A stretch of 52,695 bases of DNA from an uncultured Campylobacterales bacterium (GTDB lineage Bacteria; Campylobacterota; Campylobacteria; Campylobacterales; QNZT01), in contig CAYUSV010000002.1 of the NCBI GenBank assembly GCA_964447385.1, positions 1-52,695 on the forward strand, written 5' to 3'. Numbering within the stretch: the stretch's first letter is position 1; each line of letters starts with the position of its first letter. Positions 9,144 to 18,968 of this stretch are shown here, one piece after another. The position numbers and the translations under genes are program-made. The notes beneath the pieces are model-generated. The model searched no databases, was not told the origin of the DNA, and was given only the letters and a program-made list of their open reading frames with translations.

Positions 9144-11029
9144 AAAAGTTTGTTTTTATTATGGCATTTTTTCCTCTTTTGCTAAGTGCTAGATGTATAA
9201 GTAGTTATAGTGAAGATTTTACTCAAATCTGTGAAGAACATGTTGTAGTAGCAGAGGCACATGAAGCTGCTTGTTGTATTCAGCTTGGTTTAAATGCAGT
9301 AAATAGAAGTGGTGGTTGTTATAACTGGGACAACAATATCACAACAAAAACGGCCAACAAAAGCTTTGATTTAACAATTTTGGCAAATGATACCCTCTCT
9401 TCTTCACCCTTAAAGGATACAAATATAACCAAACTTGAGCTTTTAAGCTTTAGTGATGCTTTATGTACGACACAATATGCAACTGAAACTATCTGGAATG
9501 ATAGTGGAAAATCAGATATACAAGGGTGTTTTGAGCCAACAACTGCTTTTACACACACAAAAGCAATAAAATGTGCAAAAATAAGAGTATATGCTACACA
9601 TGATGATAATGATTTTAATGCTACTTCATCTGATACTTTTTCCATAAAACCTGATAGATTTGAGTTTATCATTTCACAAAGTGGAAAACTAATAGCTCAA
9701 AGAAATTACACAGTAGGTGTTAAAGCACTAGAATATGCAAACAGTAATGAGGTAGAGGATTATAACATTACTATTTTACCGGCTTCTAACAAGTATTTTA
9801 GAAATGGTAGTGATGGCTTGGCGATGGCTGGGAGTTTTGTACCAAGTACTAGTTTTGCTTTTGCAAATGGAGTGGTAGCAAATACAACTCTTAGTTTTGA
9901 CAATGTTGGTATCATTGGACTAGAGTTAAATGATACAACATGGAGTGAAGTTGATAGTGATGATACGCCTTTAGTAAAAAGAAGAATTTATCTTGAAGAG
10001 AATTTATCTTTTATACCAGATAGATTTGATATAAATTTTACTTTAACTCCAACGATGAAAAATTATGACAATAAAACATTTACCTATTATGCTGATGACA
10101 CTGTTAATATGGGGGCAAATTTAAAAAACCTTACCCACACCATTACCGCACTTGGAAAAGATGGAGCTATCATGACAAATTATCAAAATCCACAAACTAC
10201 ATATTTTGCAAATGATATAGATTTTCTACTAAATTTAAATATAGATCAAAATCCAACTCTTTTACCAGATATAAATGAAAATGTAACAAAAGATTTAAAC
10301 TTTACAGGAGGAGTTGCGACATTAACATACAGTGGTGTAAAATTTAATTTTGGCAGGGAAAAAAATGTAAGTAAAAATCCGCTCTTAGTAGATGGAACAA
10401 ATAGTGACATAAACATAACAACAACGGATAGTATTGATAGTGGTGTAAAAGGAGATATTCTACAAACTTTTGAAAACAATGCAACCTTTTATTATGGCAA
10501 AATACAAACCAAAGATATAAAAACAGCGATCTCTCCAACTACTGAGAGTTTAATTACTGAAGTCTATTGGGATGGTAGTGGTAGCAGAGTCTTTCCTTCT
10601 ACATTTGTGCAAAATACGACCTCTTGGTATACAAATGTAGATGACGATACAATTTCCACTTTAATAGATGGAGATTTCACTCCAATGAATAAGAGAAAGA
10701 TCGAAACTCCTCTCTTAGGTGTAACCATCAGCGTAGATTCACCAAATCCAACCAATGGAGAGATCGGTTATACTATCACAAAATCAGATACTACTAAGAC
10801 TCAAAAAGTTTATTATCATGTAGATATACCTATTTGGTTATGGTATAGCAGATATGAGGATTATAACTTTAGTACAGATAGTACTTGTGCTTCACATCCA
10901 TGTTTTGAGTATATTTTTGAGGCAGAAGATACGACTTCTGGTATTAAAAGTGGAAATTTTAAAGGTAGTAAATTTGATAATAATTTTGACTCGAAAATAG
11001 AGAAAAAGGCGATAAAGTTGATGAGGTAA
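9140..11029 (+). CDS. large secreted Cys- and sequon-rich protein, unknown function (positional candidate for pilus-associated adhesin, MshQ/PilY1-like role)
   Basis: 629 aa. N-terminal signal-like MKKFVFIMAFFPLLLSA. 12 D/E-x-N-x-S/T sequons by manual count. Translationally coupled to the fibre gene. No motif recognised. Confidence 0.6.
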   Translation: MKKFVFIMAFFPLLLSARCISSYSEDFTQICEEHVVVAEAHEAACCIQLGLNAVNRSGGCYNWDNNITTKTANKSFDLTILANDTLSSSPLKDTNITKLELLSFSDALCTTQYATETIWNDSGKSDIQGCFEPTTAFTHTKAIKCAKIRVYATHDDNDFNATSSDTFSIKPDRFEFIISQSGKLIAQRNYTVGVKALEYANSNEVEDYNITILPASNKYFRNGSDGLAMAGSFVPSTSFAFANGVVANTTLSFDNVGIIGLELNDTTWSEVDSDDTPLVKRRIYLEENLSFIPDRFDINFTLTPTMKNYDNKTFTYYADDTVNMGANLKNLTHTITALGKDGAIMTNYQNPQTTYFANDIDFLLNLNIDQNPTLLPDINENVTKDLNFTGGVATLTYSGVKFNFGREKNVSKNPLLVDGTNSDINITTTDSIDSGVKGDILQTFENNATFYYGKIQTKDIKTAISPTTESLITEVYWDGSGSRVFPSTFVQNTTSWYTNVDDDTISTLIDGDFTPMNKRKIETPLLGVTISVDSPNPTNGEIGYTITKSDTTKTQKVYYHVDIPIWLWYSRYEDYNFSTDSTCASHPCFEYIFEAEDTTSGIKSGNFKGSKFDNNFDSKIEKKAIKLMR

Positions 11030-11070
11030 TACATCCATAAAAACGGAATACAATTTGCTATATATCCATC

Positions 11071-11712
11071 ATGAGAGCTGGATTTAACTTAATTGAACTT
11101 ATTTTTACTATTGTTATTATGGCTGGTATATTTGTGGTTATTCCAAAGATTATTTTTGCTACAAACAAAAGTGATACCTTTGCCCTAAAACAGGAGGCAT
11201 TTTTTAACGCTATCTCACTTACCAATATCGCCTCTTTTCTTGCATGGGATGAAAATAGTACTCAAACTTTGTCTATTTTAGCAACTTCTGATGATATGAT
11301 AGCTTGTGATAAGAGTACATTTTTACGCTCTGGTGGATTTTTAAGCTCATATGGCAGAAATTGTGAAGAAGACTTTAATGCCTCAACAATTGGCTCAGAT
11401 GGGGAAAGCGATTATCTACTATTTAATGATATAGATGACTTTGATGGTGAGAGTATTGATGTAAATCTTAGCACAAAAACAAAATATAAAATTTTTACAC
11501 AAGTGCGTTATTTAGATGATAATATTTTTAGTGTTAGTGGTAATAAAATGACAATTGCACTTGACAACTCTTCTCGCATAGCAACATCAAATATTAAAAA
11601 ATTTAAAGCAACTGTTAGTTATGCAGGAAAAAGAGGGGATAAAAACATCTCCTCTTTTTCCTACTATTCAACCAATATCGGGCAAATCACATTAAATAGT
11701 GAGCCATGGTAA
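11071..11712 (+). CDS. minor prepilin-like protein
   Basis: N-terminus MRAG/FNLIELIFTIVIMAGI: G/F cleavage site, Glu at +5, hydrophobic helix. 213 aa. Confidence 0.75.
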   Translation: MRAGFNLIELIFTIVIMAGIFVVIPKIIFATNKSDTFALKQEAFFNAISLTNIASFLAWDENSTQTLSILATSDDMIACDKSTFLRSGGFLSSYGRNCEEDFNASTIGSDGESDYLLFNDIDDFDGESIDVNLSTKTKYKIFTQVRYLDDNIFSVSGNKMTIALDNSSRIATSNIKKFKATVSYAGKRGDKNISSFSYYSTNIGQITLNSEPW

Positions 11713-12611
11713 TGAGAAAAGCTTTTACTATGGTAGAGCTTATCACAACGATTGTGATCATGGGGATTTTAGCAGGAGGTACATATATATCTTTGGCAAA
11801 TCTTTATACAAAAAGTGCAAAATCAAAAGCAATAAGTGAATTATCGTTTGATTCAATTCTAATTTCAAATCAAATTTCAGCACTTCTCTTTCACAGAGTT
11901 CCATCTACGGTTATCGGCTATGATGCCCAAACTGGAAATTTTGAGTCGATCTATAGCATGGGCGCTAATTACACAATTTTTGAGTGGATTGCAACGGATT
12001 TTGAAGAGTATAAAGCAAAAAAATATAGTAGTTTTGTGGATTTTGAGAAATCAGACAAAAATACAAATTTACTCTACTCGCCAGATACAAATATATCTAC
12101 TGTTAGTAGTGATGCATTGGTATTTGCAGGCTCTTTTGATGAGGGTGGTGTAGTTTATGGCAGTGATTTTAATGACTCTTTTGGTTGGCATGGAAATAGT
12201 AGTGATAAGATATATGATATCAACAGTAGTTCCAGTGATAATGAAATAAGACTAACAGATAAACCCTCAAAAATTTATGAAAAATATTATCTACTAAAAG
12301 GTGCTTTTGCTCTTGCAAGATATGCAGATATCAATCAAAGTGCAAATTGTTTAAGTGATCTAAATATCACTTTAGGAGATGATACGCTTCTTTTGTTTTA
12401 TGATTACTATCCATACAAAGGCAAAACTTTTTGTGCAGATACTAGCGGAGATATAAATGGCAGTGTTACTCTTCTTTCAAACGAAGTTCAAGGTTTTGAG
12501 TTAGATTTCGTTAATGGTAATTTACAGTTTAATTTAACTCTAAAAAGAGAGGTACGAAAAAGAGGTAAAAATTTAACTATTCAAATTTCAAAACAGAAGG
12601 TGATATTTTGA
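11712..12611 (+). CDS. minor prepilin-like protein
   Basis: MRKA/FTMVELITTIVIMGILAGG class III signal. Preferred ATG at 11712 overlaps the upstream TAA (TAATG). The track start at 11706 adds MV. Confidence 0.75.
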   Translation: MRKAFTMVELITTIVIMGILAGGTYISLANLYTKSAKSKAISELSFDSILISNQISALLFHRVPSTVIGYDAQTGNFESIYSMGANYTIFEWIATDFEEYKAKKYSSFVDFEKSDKNTNLLYSPDTNISTVSSDALVFAGSFDEGGVVYGSDFNDSFGWHGNSSDKIYDINSSSSDNEIRLTDKPSKIYEKYYLLKGAFALARYADINQSANCLSDLNITLGDDTLLLFYDYYPYKGKTFCADTSGDINGSVTLLSNEVQGFELDFVNGNLQFNLTLKREVRKRGKNLTIQISKQKVIF

Positions 12612-13021
12612 TGCGAAGTGGTTTTGGGATGATTCAGGTTATATTTTTTATGCTTATTTTATCTGGTATTTTAGCAATCTCTATGAGATATGCCTCAATC
12701 ACTACCAAGCAGACACAAGATTTATATATCAAAGAACAAGCTTCTCTTTTTATGCAAAGTGCAATTGAGTTGGCACTGCTTGGAATTAGTTCACATGATT
12801 ATAACTCTAGTGGATTTATTGAAGATATAGAGGTTATATCTGATGATAAAAGGTTTATTGCAGACATCAATATCACTACCTACTATATATATGGTGTAAA
12901 TATTGATACAGAAGTATCTAGTGGAATGATAAACTTAGATATTGTGGTTGAAACAAACAATACTCACCCCAAAAATAGTAGAAAGATTAGAATTACAAAG
13001 AGGAGTTTACAAAAATTATGA
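12611..13021 (+). CDS. minor prepilin-like protein lacking Glu+5 (GspK/PilX-like feature)
   Basis: MRSG/FGMIQVIFFMLILSGI has Gln instead of Glu at +5. ATG 12611 overlaps the upstream TGA (TGATG). The track start at 12608 is TTG. Confidence 0.7.
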   Translation: MRSGFGMIQVIFFMLILSGILAISMRYASITTKQTQDLYIKEQASLFMQSAIELALLGISSHDYNSSGFIEDIEVISDDKRFIADINITTYYIYGVNIDTEVSSGMINLDIVVETNNTHPKNSRKIRITKRSLQKL

Positions 13022-13473
13022 AAAGTGCATTTTCTATGATAGAACTTATCTTTATAATAGTTATTATAGGTATTTTGGGTGCAACGATGCAGATGAATAT
13101 GCCTGATAATAGACTCTTTAGTGATATAAACTTTATCACTCAAAAAATAAAATCAAAACAGATTTATGCACTCTCTTATGATAATTTTGATTATGAAAAT
13201 AGTCAATTTATTGATAACTCTACATGTATTACAATAAGTAGAGATTTTTTAAATGAAGATGAGAGAAACAGTTCAAAAGCAAATCCTTACCAAATTAGCT
13301 CTTATACTACTCTATCTATAAGTGATGAAAATCTCTGTTTTGATAATTTAGGAAGAGTCTATAAATTAAATAATTTACTAAAATTGCCGATAGAGTTAAA
13401 TATAACCTATAAGAATAAAACAAAAACAGTAAATATCATGCCACTAAGTGGCAGTGTTGTAGTAAAGAAGTAA
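13018..13473 (+). CDS. minor prepilin-like protein
   Basis: MKSA/FSMIELIFIIVIIGILGA class III signal. ATGA overlap with the upstream ORF. Confidence 0.75.
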   Translation: MKSAFSMIELIFIIVIIGILGATMQMNMPDNRLFSDINFITQKIKSKQIYALSYDNFDYENSQFIDNSTCITISRDFLNEDERNSSKANPYQISSYTTLSISDENLCFDNLGRVYKLNNLLKLPIELNITYKNKTKTVNIMPLSGSVVVKK

Positions 13474-13476
13474 GAG

Positions 13477-14964
13477 ATGCCAAAAATTATCAACTATATC
13501 AATTTGCAAAATAGCCAAACTTTCTCTTTTGATAAATTAGTTAATGATAAGGCAAGTTTTAAAAATAGAAAAACTCCAGTAGGGGCAAGGTTTCTTTATG
13601 GCGATATAATTTCACATAGTTTTAAAATAGCAGATAACCTCTCAAAACAAGAATTACTTGTCAAGATAGAGCTTAAAATGTATGAAGATATAGGATTGGA
13701 TCCGACAAAAACATACCAAATTTCCTATATTCAAAAAGAGGTAGCGTTAAATAGTGAAATTCTTTTGGAAGCTTTTGCAGTTGATAAAGATGCAGTTAGC
13801 AACAAGTACCAAAATTATGTTAAAAAGAGTAAATATATAGATTTTATCGCTATTCCTTTTTTAGTATTTCAAACGCTATACACAAACAAAACTTTAGAAC
13901 CTAAAAATGACATATTTATCTATATCTCATATGATGAAGCGTTTACCACCTCCTATAAAGACGGTAACTATATATCTTCTAAAAGAATTAAAACTATTGA
14001 TGATATGGTACACGATCTTGGTAGCAGAAATATCACTATCAGTAGTGAAGAGCTTTATGAAATTATCACGACAAAAGGACTTAAAAAAAGTAGTTATGAA
14101 CTTTTACAATATGAGCTATATGAGTATCTAGTAGAGACATTTGAAACTCTATTTTCAAAGATAAAAAACTTAAGTCTACACAACAGAAATGTTTATAGTT
14201 TTACCCAGATTGATAGAGTCTTTTTTACTTGTAATCAAAAAAATGTGCCACATCTGCAAGAGCAGGTACAAAGTTATGTAGAAAATGCAGAATTTAAAAC
14301 GCTAAATTTTTTACAAACAAAAACAGTTAATGTATTGGATGCAATTAGTTCATCATATATCAAAGATAAGTTATCACAAAATGATCATGATCATAATGTT
14401 ACCCTCTTTAAGCCAAAAGCACCTTTTTATAAAAGCGAAGTTGGAAAGTTTACTTTTGCAACAGTCGCTTCGGCGCTTATTTTATCAATTTATCCTATAT
14501 ATTTACAGCTTGAAATATCTTCAAAAAAACAGGAAAATGAGATACTTATAGATAAAGAATTACAGATTAGTAAAACCTCAAAAAAGTTTCAACTTAAATT
14601 AAAAAAGATTAAAACCCAAATTTCCCAGTATAATCAAAAAAAAGAGATAGATCAAAAAAAACTACAGAACCTTCAATCTATTGCGAATTCTCTTCTTTTG
14701 CTTAAATCAAAAGATACAAAATATACAGATATGATTTTAAAGATCAATAAAATTCTAGGTAGATACCATCTCAGTATCGATAAAATTACCCAAACTGATA
14801 CTCATGCACTGAATTTAGAGTTATCATCAAAAAAAGATAAACGAGATACAATAGCTCTTTTTATGAAAGATCTTTTAAACAATGGTTTTAGCTCTGCTAT
14901 ATCTTCAGAAATAACTCTAAAAGATGATGATATTTATAAAAGTATCGTTACGGTAAAGAGGTAA
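13477..14964 (+). CDS. MshI-like pilus assembly protein (PilM-like cytoplasmic part + TM + coiled coil)
   Basis: 495 aa. One TM (FTFATVASALILSIYPIYL) followed by a K/Q-rich coiled coil. First position of the I-J-K-L-M-N-E-G order. Confidence 0.5.
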   Translation: MPKIINYINLQNSQTFSFDKLVNDKASFKNRKTPVGARFLYGDIISHSFKIADNLSKQELLVKIELKMYEDIGLDPTKTYQISYIQKEVALNSEILLEAFAVDKDAVSNKYQNYVKKSKYIDFIAIPFLVFQTLYTNKTLEPKNDIFIYISYDEAFTTSYKDGNYISSKRIKTIDDMVHDLGSRNITISSEELYEIITTKGLKKSSYELLQYELYEYLVETFETLFSKIKNLSLHNRNVYSFTQIDRVFFTCNQKNVPHLQEQVQSYVENAEFKTLNFLQTKTVNVLDAISSSYIKDKLSQNDHDHNVTLFKPKAPFYKSEVGKFTFATVASALILSIYPIYLQLEISSKKQENEILIDKELQISKTSKKFQLKLKKIKTQISQYNQKKEIDQKKLQNLQSIANSLLLLKSKDTKYTDMILKINKILGRYHLSIDKITQTDTHALNLELSSKKDKRDTIALFMKDLLNNGFSSAISSEITLKDDDIYKSIVTVKR

Positions 14965-14969
14965 ATTAG

Positions 14970-15596
14970 ATGACAACAGTAGAAAAATTTGAAAATTATC
15001 TAAAAAAGGTGAAACCAGCACAAAAAATTTTAATATTTTTAATGCCTTTGATTTTTTTTGGTGGAATTTTTTTTATGATGATTTTACCTATGCAAGAAGA
15101 AGATATAGAGATGCTCAATGCCCAAAATAGCAAACTTTATGCCAACATAAAAAGAAAATCATCAAAAACAGTGAAAAAAAAGATACAAAAATCCAAAAAA
15201 GAACTTTTAGATCTTAAAGAGAAGGTTCAAAAAGATCATGATTCACTCAGCTTTTTATATGCTAAACTTACTAATCTGGAAATTTTAGAGTTTAGCCAAG
15301 CGCAGTGGGCTGCAACGCTTGATGATATTTTGAAAAAATCTTTGAGTTTAAATATCAAAATTAAATATATCAAAAATAGTGACTCAGAAACTAAAAAAGT
15401 ACAAGAGAAAATTGTACCTAAAAAGTATGTTGAAATTAGAGGAAGTGCAAAATTTAGCGATGCATTAGAGTATCTGAATTTTATAGAAAATAGACAATTT
15501 TTAGTAGATATCAAAAATATTCAGATGAATAGAAGTGAAAATTTGCAAGATATTGACTTTGTTATCAATTTTACCATTTATGGAGTAAATATATGA
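14970..15596 (+). CDS. MshJ/PilO-like bitopic assembly protein
   Basis: 208 aa. N-terminal TM (ILIFLMPLIFFGGIFFMMIL), coiled coil, C-terminal globular part. AAGAGG RBS. Confidence 0.5.
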   Translation: MTTVEKFENYLKKVKPAQKILIFLMPLIFFGGIFFMMILPMQEEDIEMLNAQNSKLYANIKRKSSKTVKKKIQKSKKELLDLKEKVQKDHDSLSFLYAKLTNLEILEFSQAQWAATLDDILKKSLSLNIKIKYIKNSDSETKKVQEKIVPKKYVEIRGSAKFSDALEYLNFIENRQFLVDIKNIQMNRSENLQDIDFVINFTIYGVNI

Positions 15597-16024
15597 AAAT
15601 TTTTATACTTTTTAGTTTAACTCTCTCTTTTCTTTTTTGTGATGCTAAACTTATTGCAAATATTGATAAAACTTTTCAAGAGGTTATAAATCAAAGCAGA
15701 GCCAAAAAAGTCAATGATATTAAGGTTGATTATGATCCATTTAATATAAAAACATCAAAACCAACAACCAAAAATGTAGCGAAACTCAACAACCAAAAAC
15801 AATCAAAACCTAAAAATAGTTCAAAAAAACCAGTTTTAAGTATGATTTTGAATAAAAAAGCTTTTATAAATGGTAAATGGTATAAAGAAGGTGGAAAATT
15901 TGCCGATTATGCGATAAGAGAAATAAATCAAGATATTGTAATTTTGGAAAAAAATAGTAAATATTCCACATTAAAACTTCCATTGACAGATACCGTCTTG
16001 ATAATACATCAGGAGATAGAGTGA
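15593..16024 (+). CDS. MshK/PilP-like small secreted protein
   Basis: 143 aa. Signal peptide, K-rich linker, C-terminal ..AFINGKWYKEGGKFADYAIREINQDIVILE.. ATGA overlap upstream, GTGA overlap downstream. Confidence 0.45.
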   Translation: MKIFILFSLTLSFLFCDAKLIANIDKTFQEVINQSRAKKVNDIKVDYDPFNIKTSKPTTKNVAKLNNQKQSKPKNSSKKPVLSMILNKKAFINGKWYKEGGKFADYAIREINQDIVILEKNSKYSTLKLPLTDTVLIIHQEIE

Positions 16025-17406
16025 AGATATTTGTAGCTATTGTTGTTCTATTTATGAGTATCAGTTTACACGCAACATGTCAAAGTAAATTTTTCTCATT
16101 TAAAGTCAATAGCACAAAAAGCGCTCCAGGGACAATCTTAAATGTCTTAGAGAGTCTCTCAAGTGAGTGTAAAATGAGTATTATATTTAAAGATGATACA
16201 GCGAGAGAGATGACAGAAAAAAAGATCAGTTATCTTAGTGTTAATGATTTTACACTTGAAGAGATTTTAGATCTGCTTTTGAGTGAAAACAATCTTTTTT
16301 ATACATTAAGCGATAGAAATGTCTTAAAGATATCATATTTACAGACTAAAACATTTTTTATAGATTATGTAAGCTTCACTGATCGAAGTAGTACTTCAAA
16401 CAGAACTATTCAAACAGGTTCAAATGATGGTGGTGATGGTTCAACCTCTTTAAACTCTACTAGCTCATTTAGACTCTGGGATGAGATAGAAAATGAGATG
16501 AAAACTATTTTAAACAGAGATGGAGACACTTATAGCTCTGAAAATACAATCATAAATCAAGATGCAGGTTTAGTCACTGTAACTGGAACCAAAAGACAAA
16601 TTGATCGTATGCAAAAGTATATTGATATTCTTATGGATAGATTGCATAAGCAGATTTTAATAGATGCGAAGGTTATCGAAGTCACATATGCGCAGGATCA
16701 GACAATAGGTATTGATTGGAGTAAATTTGAAGCTACTTTAAATGGTACAGCAGATGGATCAAAGGGGACAGGGATTATAAACACTCTTAGTGATCCGACA
16801 TATCTCTCAAAATACAATTTTACAATTGCAGGTCTTATAGATTTTTTAAAAACTCAAGGAGATGTAGATATCGTCTCAAATCCAAAAATACTCACACTAA
16901 ATAACCAACCTGCTATCATAAATGTTGGTGAAGAGAAAAATTATAAATATACAACAGGTGTTACAACAACAGCAACAACAGCAGGCACAGTACAAGTACC
17001 ACAGTTTGAAGTTGGTTCAACTTTTGTAGGAGTTACGCTCTCAATTGTACCTGAAGTCACTAAAGATGATTTCATTATTTTAAAAATAAATCCATCAATT
17101 AGTGAAATATCAAAACAACATGTAGATGAAAACGGTGTTCCAAACTTAGCTCCTGATATAAAAATCAAACAACTCTCTTCAGTAGTAAAAGTAAAAAATA
17201 ATAAAAAAATATTACTAGGAGGACTAATTCAGAGAAAAAGTCAAGAAAACATTACAAAAATCCCAGGTTTGAGTGCTATACCTATTTTGGGAAATGTTTT
17301 TAGGAGTAAAAAAACAGTTAATACTAAGAGTGAATTGATTATAGTTATAACGCCAAAACTTATTCGAGGTGATGAGAATGAACCTACCTTGGAGGATTTG
17401 GACTAA
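16021..17406 (+). CDS. mshL: secretin (MshL/PilQ/GspD family)
   Basis: Secretin C-domain motifs NNQPAIINVGEE, IPGLSAIPILGNVFRSKK, SELIIVITPKLI. Signal peptide present. GTG start. Confidence 0.85.
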   Translation: MKIFVAIVVLFMSISLHATCQSKFFSFKVNSTKSAPGTILNVLESLSSECKMSIIFKDDTAREMTEKKISYLSVNDFTLEEILDLLLSENNLFYTLSDRNVLKISYLQTKTFFIDYVSFTDRSSTSNRTIQTGSNDGGDGSTSLNSTSSFRLWDEIENEMKTILNRDGDTYSSENTIINQDAGLVTVTGTKRQIDRMQKYIDILMDRLHKQILIDAKVIEVTYAQDQTIGIDWSKFEATLNGTADGSKGTGIINTLSDPTYLSKYNFTIAGLIDFLKTQGDVDIVSNPKILTLNNQPAIINVGEEKNYKYTTGVTTTATTAGTVQVPQFEVGSTFVGVTLSIVPEVTKDDFIILKINPSISEISKQHVDENGVPNLAPDIKIKQLSSVVKVKNNKKILLGGLIQRKSQENITKIPGLSAIPILGNVFRSKKTVNTKSELIIVITPKLIRGDENEPTLEDLD

Positions 17407-17445
17407 ATAAGTAATGTTCCTATTACTTAACCTTAAAGAGGAAAC

Positions 17446-18252
17446 ATGAATCAATACGCTAGAGCAAAAGATCTATTTAACGATGATTTTGATTTAAGTG
17501 GGTATTTTGACTCTTTGACCTTCGAGTATGCAAAAAAGAGTTTAGTCGATGCTATCACTGCACATGACACACCTTTAGTGTTTGTTTTGGGTAGTCCAGG
17601 AAGTGGAAAAAGTTTTTTGTTAAATTATATCACCCAAAAAGTTAAAGATGTCAGGGTAGCGAAGTATTTTACCCATCCATACTTTGATGATAAAGAGTTT
17701 TTGGAGATTCTCTTATCTCTTGCAGGTAAAAACATCGGACGAAACGAATTTACAACCGAAGCGTTAATTTCACAACTGAGAAGAAGCTTTAGCAATCTTG
17801 AATATACGATTTTTATCGATGAAGCACAACTTTTAACAGAAGAGCAAATAGAGCTTATTAGAATTTTAAGTGACCAGAAAATCTTTCAATTTGTTTTAGC
17901 TATGCATGAAAAAGAGGGAAGATATATCTTACAAAAGGATCATTTTAAATCTCGCACAAATAGGGTAGTAAAAATCGAACAACTCCAAGATCATGAAGTA
18001 ACCAGATATATAGAACACCGCCTAATCTCAAACAATCTATCAGAACTAGCATCTGAGTTTAAAAAAAGACACATCCAATACATAAGTCAATATGCAAAAA
18101 GGAACTTTCGAACAACCAAAAAATTAGTCCGAACTCTTTTTGAAATTATGAATATCGCGCACAAAGAAAATCTCTCTAGCAAATATACAAAAGTGAGTGA
18201 AAGAACATTAACTATGGCAGCTATAGATACAGGACTTTTAGATGTTAAATAA
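17446..18252 (+). CDS. mshM: ExeA/MshM-type AAA ATPase
   Basis: Walker A GSPGSGKSF, Walker B IFIDEAQ. 268 aa. Sits directly after the secretin, as in msh operons. Confidence 0.75.
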   Translation: MNQYARAKDLFNDDFDLSGYFDSLTFEYAKKSLVDAITAHDTPLVFVLGSPGSGKSFLLNYITQKVKDVRVAKYFTHPYFDDKEFLEILLSLAGKNIGRNEFTTEALISQLRRSFSNLEYTIFIDEAQLLTEEQIELIRILSDQKIFQFVLAMHEKEGRYILQKDHFKSRTNRVVKIEQLQDHEVTRYIEHRLISNNLSELASEFKKRHIQYISQYAKRNFRTTKKLVRTLFEIMNIAHKENLSSKYTKVSERTLTMAAIDTGLLDVK

Positions 18253-18922
18253 TAATTTTAATGAACTTGTCAAAAAATATGAAAAATATAGAGGTAAAAG
18301 AAGAGATAAAATGCTTCTTAGTACATTGCTTGTTTTAGCGATATTAGCTGGTGGTTATTATTTGGTAACAAATAGCGGTTTTATCACACAAAGTTTCAAA
18401 AAAACTACACCAGAGTCACAAAAGAGTGGAACTATTGTAGATACTCAAATAGCTGATGAAACAACAGAAGATAACCCGGTACAAGAGATTAAAACACACA
18501 AAGAAGAGAAAGCTGAAAAACCACTCCAAAGAGTTAAGGTAGATACACCAAAAACTGAAGAGTTGCCAAATAAAGTCTATGATCGTACCACTAAAAAAAT
18601 AGAAAATACAAATCCATTTCAACTAAAAGTCAAGGAGAGAAAAAACCTATATAAACTCTTAACAGATGATAAAAAACAAAATAGTTATCAATCTGCTATA
18701 AGTGTGGCTCAGTTTTATTTTGAAGAAAAAAATTATGATCAGACAATTATCTGGTCTGTAAAAGCAAGTAAAAAAGATCCTAGAGAGAGTCTTCCGTGGA
18801 TTTTATATGCAAAATCAAAAGCTACACAGGGTAAAACAAAAGTTGCAAAAAAAGCACTCGCTATCTATTTAAAACATACCGACTCAAAAAAGGTACAAGA
18901 TTTGCTAGATACTTTGAAATAG
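18242..18922 (+). CDS. MshN-like bitopic protein (TM + C-terminal TPR-like helices)
   Basis: 226 aa. TM LLSTLLVLAILAGGYYLV, charged linker, C-terminal helical repeat (..AISVAQFYFEEKNYDQTIIWSVKA..). 11-nt overlap with mshM. Confidence 0.45.
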   Translation: MLNNNFNELVKKYEKYRGKRRDKMLLSTLLVLAILAGGYYLVTNSGFITQSFKKTTPESQKSGTIVDTQIADETTEDNPVQEIKTHKEEKAEKPLQRVKVDTPKTEELPNKVYDRTTKKIENTNPFQLKVKERKNLYKLLTDDKKQNSYQSAISVAQFYFEEKNYDQTIIWSVKASKKDPRESLPWILYAKSKATQGKTKVAKKALAIYLKHTDSKKVQDLLDTLK

Positions 18923-18959
18923 GATCATTTTAAACTAAATGATCCTCAAATTTTGAGGT
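18921..18959 (+). promoter_or_regulatory. two overlapping hairpins between the mshN-like ORF and mshE; the second pairs with the mshE Shine-Dalgarno
   Basis: AGGATCATTT(18921-30)/AAATGATCCT(18937-46) form a 10-bp stem. CCTCAAAATTTTGAGG (18944-59) is a perfect 16-nt palindrome. Its GAGG is the RBS 9 nt before the ATG at 18969. Confidence 0.5.
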
Positions 18960-18968
18960 AATTTAGAT

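Noticed and set aside
7143-11029. Prophage or tailocin remnant (because of the tail-fibre chaperone domain)
   Set aside because: No capsid, terminase, portal, baseplate, sheath, integrase or lysis genes occur anywhere in the window. The gene has a Sec signal peptide and is translationally coupled to pilus genes.
11044-11057. Internal sigma-54 promoter (GGAAT-N5-TTGCT) before the first minor prepilin
   Set aside because: The GG-N10-GC spacing is correct. However, the -12 GC lies only 13 nt from the ATG at 11071, which leaves essentially no leader or RBS. This is probably a chance match, so I have left it unannotated.
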